From assembly GCA_031287525.1 (NCBI GenBank), contig JAITSU010000051.1, positions 1-24,000 on the forward strand: a stretch of DNA of 24,000 bases, written 5' to 3'. Under the pieces are notes generated by a model. That model did no database searches. It was not told the DNA's origin and was given only the letters and a program-made list of their open reading frames with translations. The position numbers and the translations under genes are program-made. The stretch comes from Zoogloeaceae bacterium. Lineage in GTDB: Bacteria; Pseudomonadota; Gammaproteobacteria; Burkholderiales; Rhodocyclaceae. This document shows, piece by piece, positions 9,040 through 16,474 of this stretch (the stretch's first letter is position 1; each line of letters begins with the position of its first letter).

Positions 9040-9993
9040 ATGCCCGTTTCAAGACGTGAATTTATCGTGGGAAGTTCTCTGGCGATTCTGGGCGTCGGCG
9101 GTCTTGACCGCGTTGCCGCCGCGACACAGAACTCCGTAAAGGCAAAAGTCTATTTCACCAGGGATTTGAGTCCTGTCGGACTGAGCAAACTCTACGCCCG
9201 GATTAAGCAGGGTTTGAGCGGCAAAATTGCCGTCAAGGTGCATACCGGCGAACCCAACGGGCCGAACATCATCCCCCGCGAATGGGTCAAGGCGTTCCTG
9301 TCCGGCGTACCCGACAGCACGATCGTCGAGAGCAACGTGCTTTATCCCAGCCCCCGGCAAACCACAGAGGGTCATCGGCAGACGCTGAAGACAAACGGCT
9401 GGACATTCAGCCCGGTGGACATTCTGGATGCCGACGGCGATGTGAATCTGCCCGTCACGGGCGGTAAGTGGATCAAGGAACTGGCGGTGGGGAAGCATCT
9501 TCTCAACTATGAATCCATGCTTGTCCTCACGCATTTCAAGGGTCACGCGATGGGTGGATTTGGCGGCTCGCTCAAAAATATCGCCATCGGCTGCGCTTCC
9601 GGCAAGCTGGGCAAGAAACAACTGCATCAGGAAGGCGACAATCTTTGGGCGGCTGGCCCCAATTTCATGGAGCGCATGGTTGAAGGCGGAAAAGCGATTA
9701 CCGATCACTTCGGTTCGCGCATTGCCTATATCAATGTCCTCCGCAACATGTCGGTGGACTGCGACTGCGCGGGCGTGAAAGCGGCGCCTCCGACGGCGCC
9801 GGATTTGGGTATTCTGGCGTCGACGGACATTCTTGCGGTCGACCAGGCGTCGGTCGATCTGGTCTACGCCTTGTCGCCGGAACAACGGCACGACCTCGTT
9901 GAACGCATTGAGAGCCGCAGCGGTCTGCGTCAACTTACGTACATGAAGGAATTGGGTTTGGGCAACGATCAATATGAATTGATCACGGTCTGA
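9040..9993 (+). CDS. DUF362-domain protein with twin-arginine (Tat) signal peptide
   Basis: MPVSRREFIVGSSLAILGVGG..AAA is a Tat-type signal. The core has the K.H...P and THFKGH..GGFGGSLKN..G blocks I recognise from DUF362. The ATG at 9040 has GGAG 7 nt upstream. Confidence 0.8.
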   Translation: MPVSRREFIVGSSLAILGVGGLDRVAAATQNSVKAKVYFTRDLSPVGLSKLYARIKQGLSGKIAVKVHTGEPNGPNIIPREWVKAFLSGVPDSTIVESNVLYPSPRQTTEGHRQTLKTNGWTFSPVDILDADGDVNLPVTGGKWIKELAVGKHLLNYESMLVLTHFKGHAMGGFGGSLKNIAIGCASGKLGKKQLHQEGDNLWAAGPNFMERMVEGGKAITDHFGSRIAYINVLRNMSVDCDCAGVKAAPPTAPDLGILASTDILAVDQASVDLVYALSPEQRHDLVERIESRSGLRQLTYMKELGLGNDQYELITV

Positions 9994-10020
9994 TGGCTGG
10001 TTGGCATCAATTGGCGTCAT

Positions 10021-10045
10021 CGGGGCGGGTTTGAAACCCGCCCCG
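10021..10045. terminator. GC-rich stem-loop between convergent genes (likely terminator, no clear U-tract)
   Basis: CGGGGCGGGTTTGAAACCCGCCCCG: perfect palindrome, 11 bp per arm around a 3-nt centre. Confidence 0.45.
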
Positions 10046-10095
10046 ATACGTTCTGGCGTACTGTTTACTCCGCTCGCCTGAATTTGTATTGCCGG

Positions 10096-10941
10096 TTATG
10101 ACGAATCCCTGTTCTTTGAGGCAACTCGCCGCAAACTTTTTGTGTTCAGCGAACTGATGATGGATTTACCCGTGCTTTTTTCGATTTGGGTACGCGCTGC
10201 CCTGGCTGCCTTCGCGCCTTCCCTGGCGACCTCCGCGCTCTCGCTAAAACCAGCGGGCTGTCGCACGATGGAAATATCGGTGGCGGCAACCTCGGCGAGC
10301 ATATTCAACACCAACTCGGTGTTGGTCATGTTGTCCCGCAAATTCTCCTTTTTCAGCCCCTTGTGCTGCTTGTATTCACGGGTGCTCATACCACTCCATG
10401 TCCTGCTCATCAAATCGGTCAAAGCCGCATATTCTTTCCCTTTGGCAACACCACTCCTGTCCCACTCGTCGGTGAGCGCCTTACGCACTTCAATGGATTT
10501 GATACGTTGGTTGATCCAGTTTTCGCTGTACCCCAAACGCCGGAAATTCTGAATGGCGCGGTCAATGGAAAGCTCCGGGTCGACGGTTTCGTCGAGACGC
10601 TCATTTCCTGCCTGCGCCAGCCACAACTTGAACGGCTCCGCTTTCTTGCTGGGAATAGACTGAATCAGGCGCAAAATCTGTTCTGTGTCGGCGACATCGG
10701 TCAGGTATTTTTTTCCATCCGACGAGCGCATTTTCAGTTGGCTACAATTTGTAGCCAACTCGCTGCCTTCCTTTTTCAGCCTTGTTTTGAGAACGCTCCA
10801 ATATTTGCGTGGGTTATCGCTGTCGGTCAGAATCGCAACGATGTCGATGATGGAGAACCACCACTTTTCGGCTTCCTCATCCCACGCCGTGCGGACAGTT
10901 TTCTGCTCGAACAACTTGATTTTGCTGGTTTGCGCGTTCAT
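10096..10941 (-). CDS. Bro-N domain protein with DinD-like C-terminal region (prophage-antirepressor / DNA-damage-inducible protein D-like)
   Basis: 281 aa. The N-terminus (...IKLFEQKTVRTAWDEEAEKWWFSIIDIVAIL...) looks like a Bro-N domain. The C-terminal ...YKQHKGLKKENLRDNMTNTELVLNML... resembles the E. coli DinD segment ...HQRKGLKK..ILDHMGSTELAANLF as I recall it. Starts 15 nt after the larE stop on the same strand. Confidence 0.7.
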   Translation of the reverse strand: MNAQTSKIKLFEQKTVRTAWDEEAEKWWFSIIDIVAILTDSDNPRKYWSVLKTRLKKEGSELATNCSQLKMRSSDGKKYLTDVADTEQILRLIQSIPSKKAEPFKLWLAQAGNERLDETVDPELSIDRAIQNFRRLGYSENWINQRIKSIEVRKALTDEWDRSGVAKGKEYAALTDLMSRTWSGMSTREYKQHKGLKKENLRDNMTNTELVLNMLAEVAATDISIVRQPAGFSESAEVAREGAKAARAARTQIEKSTGKSIISSLNTKSLRRVASKNRDSS

Positions 10942-10956
10942 ACATCTTCTCTCTGG

Positions 10957-11784
10957 TCAAACGGATTGATTTTGAACGACGAGCGTTTCGTTCATGCTAC
11001 CCGTGCGATAGCCCAGTAAATCGAGGGATACGTAAGTAAAGCCGTATTTCCGCAAGGCTTTGTAGACCTTTTCCCGATTTTCCGCCGTCATCAAACGCGC
11101 CATTCCCCCGTCGTCGGTTTCGATACGCGCCAGAGTACCGTGCAGACGCACGCGCACCTGTTTCAGCCCCAAGTCCAGCAAAAACTGTTCGGCGCGGTCA
11201 ATCATTTCCAGGCGCGACACGTCAATTTTTTCGCCATAGGGGATGCGGCTCGCCAGACAAGCGAAGGAAGGTTTATCCCAGGTGGCAAGCCCCAATTCTT
11301 TTGAAAGCTGCCGGATTTCCGCCTTGTTCAGATGGGCGTGGCGCAAGGGGCTTTTGATCTGATGTTCTTCGATGGCGCGCAGCCCCGGTCGATAATCGCC
11401 CATGTCATCCATGTTTGAGCCTTCCACGACATGCTTGATGCCTTCGTTGTCGGCAACTTCCCGCAGGCGCGTCATCAACGCCGTTTTGCACAGATAACAG
11501 CGATTGACCGGATTGCCCGAAAAACCGGCGATATCCAGTTCTTCGGAGTCCACCAGCACATGCCGGATGCCCTCTTGTCTGCAAAAGGCAATCGCCTCGT
11601 CCAGTTCGCGCTTCGGAAAGGAATGCGAACGCGCGGTGACGGCAAGCGCCCGCTCGCCCAGCGTGTCATGCGCCATTTTGAGCAGAAAGGTGGAATCCAC
11701 GCCGCCGGAAAAGGCGACGACAACGCGCTCCAGCGATTCGAGACAGGCGGCGAGGGTCTGTTTTTTTTCTTCCAGAGTGGGCAT
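10957..11784 (-). CDS. larE: LarE, ATP-dependent sulfur transferase for nickel-pincer nucleotide cofactor synthesis (PP-loop ATP pyrophosphatase)
   Basis: 275 aa. PP-loop VAFSGGVDST and the conserved sulfur-donor region KPSFACLASRIPYG (Cys176). An additional CxxC is present (NRCYLCK, Cys96/Cys99). Confidence 0.9.
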   Translation of the reverse strand: MPTLEEKKQTLAACLESLERVVVAFSGGVDSTFLLKMAHDTLGERALAVTARSHSFPKRELDEAIAFCRQEGIRHVLVDSEELDIAGFSGNPVNRCYLCKTALMTRLREVADNEGIKHVVEGSNMDDMGDYRPGLRAIEEHQIKSPLRHAHLNKAEIRQLSKELGLATWDKPSFACLASRIPYGEKIDVSRLEMIDRAEQFLLDLGLKQVRVRLHGTLARIETDDGGMARLMTAENREKVYKALRKYGFTYVSLDLLGYRTGSMNETLVVQNQSV

Positions 11785-11787
11785 CGG

Positions 11788-13017
11788 CTAGACCTCTTTC
11801 AAAATGTCATTTGCTGTTTTCATAAAAGAGACACCGTTTTTTTCCGCCAATGCCGCGACATCCTCGTATTCCGGCTTGGATTTGCCCACGCCATAGCCTC
11901 TGCCGCGCTTGATGCGGACGCTGCCCAGGCGGGTTTGTTGTTCGGTGAATTCGCGGGTAAGGATATAACGCTCACACAGGGTTTTGCGGACGCCGAAACT
12001 GCTGGTGTGGACGAGCATCAATTTTGCGAAGCGTTCCGCCTCAGCGGGCGCACAGAGGCAGGTGAGCAGTACGCCGGGACGACCTTTTTTCATCTGCGCG
12101 GGAACCGTGAACACATCCAGCGCGCCTGCCGCGAGCAGCGTTTGCGCGGCATGGGCGATGGCTTCGCCGGTCATGTCATCCAGATTACAGCGCAGTTCTG
12201 CCACAGCGTCATTGCTTTGACTTGCCGCGTCAGCATGTTCGCCAACACTTTCACCCCAAAAAGCGCGTACCGCGTTCAAAGCGCCGATAAACGCTTTCGC
12301 GCCCATGCCGTAGCCCGTCTTTGCCACGCGCATCGTCGGCATTGCGCCGAATTCCTGGACGAAATGCCGCAGCAGCGCCGCGCCGGTGGGTGTGCACAAC
12401 TCTCCATCAATGGCACCGCCGTAAGCGGGAATGCCTTCGAGCAGCCGCAGCGTCGCTGGCGCGGGTACGGGCAGAATGCCGTGGGCGGTATTGACCTGCC
12501 CCTTGCCGACATGGATTGCCGACGCCACGATACGCTCCGGCGCGAGCCGTTCCAGCAGGATCGCCACGCCGACAATATCGACAACGGCGTCCATCTGCCC
12601 GACTTCGTGGAAATGAATTTGCCCGACCGGACAGCCATGCGCGGCGGATTCCGCCTCGGCAATCAAGCGATAGACTTGAGCGGCGTGTGTACGCACCGAA
12701 GCCGAAACGGGCAGACGCGACAGCAGAGACTCGATTTCCCCCAAGCCTGTTGTCGGAGCGTGTCGGGGGTGACGAGAAGGGGCGAAGGCAGCCTGGGGTT
12801 CATGCTCTTCCTGCCCGCCGATGCGTACCGCGAAGCGCGTGCCGGTGATTCCGCATCTTGTCGCAGGCTCGACCGCAACCCGCGCGTCCGGCAATCCGAG
12901 CGCGTTGAGCGTTTGAAGAAACGAGGCTTTGGCATCGTCCGCCAGCAGTTCATAGAGCGCCGCCATCAGCATATCGCCCGCCGCGCCCATCGCGCATTCA
13001 AGATACAAGGTCTTCAT
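11788..13017 (-). CDS. larC: LarC, nickel insertion protein (pyridinium-3,5-bisthiocarboxylic acid mononucleotide nickel chelatase), single fused polypeptide
   Basis: True N-terminus MKTLYLECAMGAAGDMLMAAL is typical of the LarC/DUF111 family. Its ATG (13015-13017) overlaps the larB stop as ATGA. The 543-aa track ORF has a 134-aa Arg/Gly-rich spurious extension running through larB. Confidence 0.9.
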   Translation of the reverse strand: MKTLYLECAMGAAGDMLMAALYELLADDAKASFLQTLNALGLPDARVAVEPATRCGITGTRFAVRIGGQEEHEPQAAFAPSRHPRHAPTTGLGEIESLLSRLPVSASVRTHAAQVYRLIAEAESAAHGCPVGQIHFHEVGQMDAVVDIVGVAILLERLAPERIVASAIHVGKGQVNTAHGILPVPAPATLRLLEGIPAYGGAIDGELCTPTGAALLRHFVQEFGAMPTMRVAKTGYGMGAKAFIGALNAVRAFWGESVGEHADAASQSNDAVAELRCNLDDMTGEAIAHAAQTLLAAGALDVFTVPAQMKKGRPGVLLTCLCAPAEAERFAKLMLVHTSSFGVRKTLCERYILTREFTEQQTRLGSVRIKRGRGYGVGKSKPEYEDVAALAEKNGVSFMKTANDILKEV

Positions 13018-13790
13018 GATGAGGCGCCCCGCGTTTGATTGATCCGGCTCGCCAGCACCGCCGCGCCGTAACCGTTGTCGATATTCACCACCGCCACGCC
13101 GCTGGCGCAGGAATTGACCATTGCCAGCAGCGCCGCAATGCCGCCGAACGACGCGCCGTAGCCGACACTGGTGGGTACCGCGATCACCGGACAACTCACC
13201 AGCCCGCCGATGACCGTGGCAAGCGCCCCTTCCATGCCGGCGACGGCGATGACGACCCGCGCCCGCGCCAACGTATCCTGTTGCGCCAGCAGACGATGCA
13301 AACCGGCAACGCCCACATCGTAAATCCGCTCCACATGATTGCCCAGCGTCAGAGCGGTGAGCGCCGCCTCCTCGCAAACCGGCATATCGCTCGTGCCGCC
13401 AGAGGCGATGACGACGCACCCGGTTGGTTGTGGCAGAGATTCCGGCAAAAGCAGCGCGAGTCGGGGCAGCGGGTGATGCACAAGGGGAATGCCATTCGCC
13501 AGCAGCGCATCCACCGCCGCCTGATTGACGCGGGTGACGAGGAGATTACGCAAGCCGTTTTCCCGCATTTTGAGGGCAATGGCGACGATTTGCTCCGGCG
13601 TTTTGCCCTCGCCAAAAATCGTTTCCGTCATGCCCTGACGCAGCCCGCGATGCAAATCGGGCTTGGCAAAGCCGAGGTCTTCAAAAGGCAGGGTTTGCAG
13701 GCGCAACAGCGCCTCATCCGGCGTGAGCGTCCCTGCCCTGATGCGGTGCAGCAGCGCGAGGATTTTGTCTTTTTCGTTAATGGGAACCAT
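13014..13790 (-). CDS. larB: LarB, NaAD carboxylase/hydrolase (pyridinium-3,5-biscarboxylic acid mononucleotide synthase; PurE-like)
   Basis: 258 aa from the ATG at 13790: ...LPFEDLGFAKPDLHRGLRQG.TE.IFGEGKT... and the PurE-like C-terminal domain VVIASGGTSDMPV...AVAGMEGALA...PTSVGYGA. There is no SD. Confidence 0.88.
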   Translation of the reverse strand: MVPINEKDKILALLHRIRAGTLTPDEALLRLQTLPFEDLGFAKPDLHRGLRQGMTETIFGEGKTPEQIVAIALKMRENGLRNLLVTRVNQAAVDALLANGIPLVHHPLPRLALLLPESLPQPTGCVVIASGGTSDMPVCEEAALTALTLGNHVERIYDVGVAGLHRLLAQQDTLARARVVIAVAGMEGALATVIGGLVSCPVIAVPTSVGYGASFGGIAALLAMVNSCASGVAVVNIDNGYGAAVLASRINQTRGASS

Positions 13791-13795
13791 GACAA

Positions 13796-13804
13796 ATTGT
13801 ACCA
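13796..13804 (-). promoter_or_regulatory. possible extended -10 promoter (TGGTACAAT) immediately upstream of larB
   Basis: The minus strand reads CTTGCTTGGTACAATTTGTCATG. The -10 ends 5 nt before the ATG. No SD and no good -35. Confidence 0.3.
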
Positions 13805-13876
13805 AGCAAGCGGTTTTGAGTTTTGTCTTATGTCTGACGGCAGGGTAATCGCATTCAGGCAGGGCGACCGCCCACC

Positions 13877-15769
13877 TTAAAGAAACCTGTCCGGCGCGAT
13901 GGCGTTTGCCAAATCGTATTCCAGCGGCAAGGGTTCGCCCCCCATCAGGCTGGCGATGAAGTCTGCCATCAGCGCCGACCAGACGATGCCGCGCGAGCCG
14001 AAGCCCTGCGCGCACCAGAGTCCGGGATGCGTGGGCGGGCGGCGGCGGGTTTTGCGGGCATTGAGGTCAGGTACCGCGCCGACGATGGGTAGACGGTCAG
14101 GCGACATGGGGCGAAAACCGACCCTGCCGCGCAAGCTTTCCGGCTTGATGTGTTCGGCAAAGCCGGGCAACAGGACGTTCAGTTTGTGCAGGTTTTCCGC
14201 GTGTTCCCGCGCGCGCTCATTCGTATCCAGATCATCCAGCAGATAACTCGCGCCGACGACGCGAATGCCATCCACCAGCGGCGTGGCGTAGCCCTGACCG
14301 CAAATCAGGGTGTCCAATCGGGGCGTGTCGGCGGCGGCGAGCCAACTGACTTGTCCACGCGCGGCGCGTTGCGGCAACCATGAAAAAGCCGCGAAACGGG
14401 GCGCGTCGATGCCGCTTGCCATGACGAGATGCGGCGCGGCGGCGATGACTTTGCCTTGCGCGTCCAACGCCTGCCATGCGCCTTGCTCGCGGCGAATTTC
14501 CGCGACCCGCACAGGGCAGCGGAGCGTAATGCGTTCGGCATTGGCGAGCAGATTGGCGCGGCAGAGCGAAGGCGGTTGCACCCAGCCGCCCAAGGGAAAA
14601 TACCAGCCGCCACGCGTGGTCGGGTAGCCCAGTAATTCGCTGGCGGCGCTCTGGTCGAGGTAGCGCAGAAATTCCGGCGGCAGCCCAAGCCCCGCAACCG
14701 CTTTGGCTTGCGTGGCTTCGTGTTCGGCGTCGCGGGCGAGGTGCAATGCGCCGGTTTGTCCCCAACGAATCGGCAGACCGGCGGCGGTCAGCGTTTGCAA
14801 ACCATTCAGGGCGGCGAGAAAACCGGCGCGGGTGAGACGCGCGAGGAAATTGTCATCCACCGAGGGCAGGGGGCGCATGACGCCCGCCAGATTGCCGGAA
14901 GCGCCCTGCCCCGGCGCGTCGCGGGCTTCCAGCACATCCACCTGCCAGCCACGGGCTGCCAATGCCGCAGCGACGGAGGTGCCCGCGACGCCCGCGCCAA
15001 TGACGATGGCGCGGCGCTCATCGGGCGCGGGGGCGGGATAGGGATGCGGTTTACGCGAACGGTAGCGACCAACCAGCATTTGCCGTTTTTCGGCAAAGCC
15101 AGCGCGTTTTTCCAACGCGAATTCGTTGGCGGCGAGCGCCGCGCGCAAATGTCCGGCGACCGACCATGTGGCAAGCGTCGCGCCGGGAGCGGCGAGGCGG
15201 GCGATGGCTTTGCAGATTTCCGGCGACCACAAATCGGGATTTTTCGCCGGAGAAAACCCGTCCAGATAAAACGCGTCCGCCGCCAACATCAGACGGCGCA
15301 GTTCGCGCGTGGCATCACCGAAAATCAGGGTTAAAGTGACGCGCCCGCCATCCAGAAAAATCCGGTGGATGCCAGGGACGAGCAAAGGCCAACGGTTTTG
15401 CAATGTTGCGGAGAGCGGCGCGAGTTCCCGCGAATCCCGCAACACATGCGCCTGCGCCCGCGCCAAATCCTCGCGGGTAAACGGGTGTTTTTCGACGGAA
15501 ACAAAATGCAGCCGCAGACAAGCGCGCGGGTCAGCGCGCCACGCCGCCCAGGTCGCCAGAAAATTCAGCCCCAGCCCGAAGCCGGTTTCCAGAATCACAA
15601 ACTGCTCATGCCCCTGCCAACGGGCGGGTAACTCGTTGCCGCTTAAAAACACATGCCGCGCCTGTTCCAGAGCGCCATGACAGGAGTGATACACGTCGCC
15701 ATAGCGTTCAGACCAGAGCGTGCCATCGGGGGAGAAGGAGAGAGGGGCGGGGGTCAGGGGGTTAGGCAT
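13877..15769 (-). CDS. mnmC: bifunctional tRNA (mnm5s2U34) methyltransferase / FAD-dependent cmnm5s2U34 oxidoreductase MnmC
   Basis: 630 aa. N-terminal methyltransferase domain (..YGDVYHS...FVILETGFGLGLNFL..) and C-terminal DAO-type FAD domain (IVIGAGVAGTSVAAALAARG). Confidence 0.92.
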   Translation of the reverse strand: MPNPLTPAPLSFSPDGTLWSERYGDVYHSCHGALEQARHVFLSGNELPARWQGHEQFVILETGFGLGLNFLATWAAWRADPRACLRLHFVSVEKHPFTREDLARAQAHVLRDSRELAPLSATLQNRWPLLVPGIHRIFLDGGRVTLTLIFGDATRELRRLMLAADAFYLDGFSPAKNPDLWSPEICKAIARLAAPGATLATWSVAGHLRAALAANEFALEKRAGFAEKRQMLVGRYRSRKPHPYPAPAPDERRAIVIGAGVAGTSVAAALAARGWQVDVLEARDAPGQGASGNLAGVMRPLPSVDDNFLARLTRAGFLAALNGLQTLTAAGLPIRWGQTGALHLARDAEHEATQAKAVAGLGLPPEFLRYLDQSAASELLGYPTTRGGWYFPLGGWVQPPSLCRANLLANAERITLRCPVRVAEIRREQGAWQALDAQGKVIAAAPHLVMASGIDAPRFAAFSWLPQRAARGQVSWLAAADTPRLDTLICGQGYATPLVDGIRVVGASYLLDDLDTNERAREHAENLHKLNVLLPGFAEHIKPESLRGRVGFRPMSPDRLPIVGAVPDLNARKTRRRPPTHPGLWCAQGFGSRGIVWSALMADFIASLMGGEPLPLEYDLANAIAPDRFL

Positions 15770-15782
15770 CGGGTGTCAGGTG

Positions 15783-16256
15783 TCAAAATCGGAGTGGCTC
15801 ATCAGTAAAATTGAATTCTTCCAACAGGGTTGTGTGCTCTTCGTCTTCCCAAATAACCACGCCTTGATTCAGTATCTTGTAATGTAAGCCAATGCAATAA
15901 ATTTTCTTGTTTTCATATTTTTTATTTTCGGTAATGAATTTATTAAAATTTTCTTCCAGCAGCGCAGAATTGTTGTACAACAACAGGGCATGTTCTTTTC
16001 TTTCGTCGAGAAATTTATCTTCTCTGATGTCAATAAATACAGGGTTATTGTTGATGCTTACATATAGTCCATATGACTTGTCGCCATCAATATCATGATA
16101 ATCCAGAGTGCCATAACTAACAGCAAGGCTGGTAAGGGTTGCAGCCGTTCTTTCAGTCCTCGCCTTTGCTTCTTCTGTTTTTGCTTTTCTGATTTTGTAA
16201 ATAGCAAAAAGCAACAAGAGCGCCCAAATAATTGCGAATAAAGTCCTTCCAGTCAT
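15783..16256 (-). CDS. hypothetical membrane-anchored protein (AT-rich islet gene 1)
   Basis: 157 aa from the ATG at 16256, with GGAGA 8 nt upstream; the track ORF begins at a TTG 6 codons earlier. One N-terminal TM segment (LFAIIWALLLLFAIY), then an Asn/Lys/Glu-rich soluble domain. No family recognised. Very AT-rich: 15901-15960 has 12 G/C of 60. Confidence 0.6.
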   Translation of the reverse strand: MTGRTLFAIIWALLLLFAIYKIRKAKTEEAKARTERTAATLTSLAVSYGTLDYHDIDGDKSYGLYVSINNNPVFIDIREDKFLDERKEHALLLYNNSALLEENFNKFITENKKYENKKIYCIGLHYKILNQGVVIWEDEEHTTLLEEFNFTDEPLRF

Positions 16257-16297
16257 CGGTGTATCTCCGTTCAATAGTCAGCGAGCAAGCGCAGGTT

Positions 16298-16474
16298 CAA
16301 TGCCATTAAGTTAAGCGTGTGGTCTGAAAGTTGTTGGGTAAGCCGGAGGCGTAACCCAACGGTAGGGCGCGCTCTCCGAGCGCGCCGGATGTAACGTCCG
16401 GCTGTTTCGGAGAAACAGCCCTACCTAAAACAGCACTCTACAAATGCCAGCCTACGCTTAACTTAATGGCATTG
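16298..16474. mobile_element. 177-bp MITE-like insertion with perfect 21-bp terminal inverted repeats and a 10-bp target-site duplication
   Basis: TIR-L CAATGCCATTAAGTTAAGCGT (16298-16318) is the exact reverse complement of 16454-16474. It is flanked by the direct repeat AGCGCAGGTT (16288-16297 and 16475-16484). Deleting the element plus one repeat copy restores ...AGCAAGCGCAGGTTGGGTAAGCGAAGCG, matching the uninterrupted copy at 17725-17752. No coding capacity. Confidence 0.65.

Noticed and set aside
11788-13419. Track-length versions of larC (543 aa), larB (333 aa), adh (421 aa), lapA (152 aa), the AKR (296 aa) and the porin (371 aa)
   Set aside because: The upstream extensions run into neighbouring genes or intergenic DNA, are compositionally aberrant, and precede internal ATGs that give family-typical N-termini. 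Those ATGs have an SD (adh, AKR, porin) or ATGA/TGATG coupling (larC, and the lapA/lapB junction).
16361-16425. Possible tRNA or tRNA-like gene (four-way junction with a 5-bp stem and 7-nt loop arm)
   Set aside because: The side arms are 9-bp stems with 3-nt loops. There are no D-loop or T-loop consensus sequences (GG, TTCGA), no U33 in the 7-nt loop on either strand, and no CCA or discriminator context. It is better explained as stacked REP palindromes.
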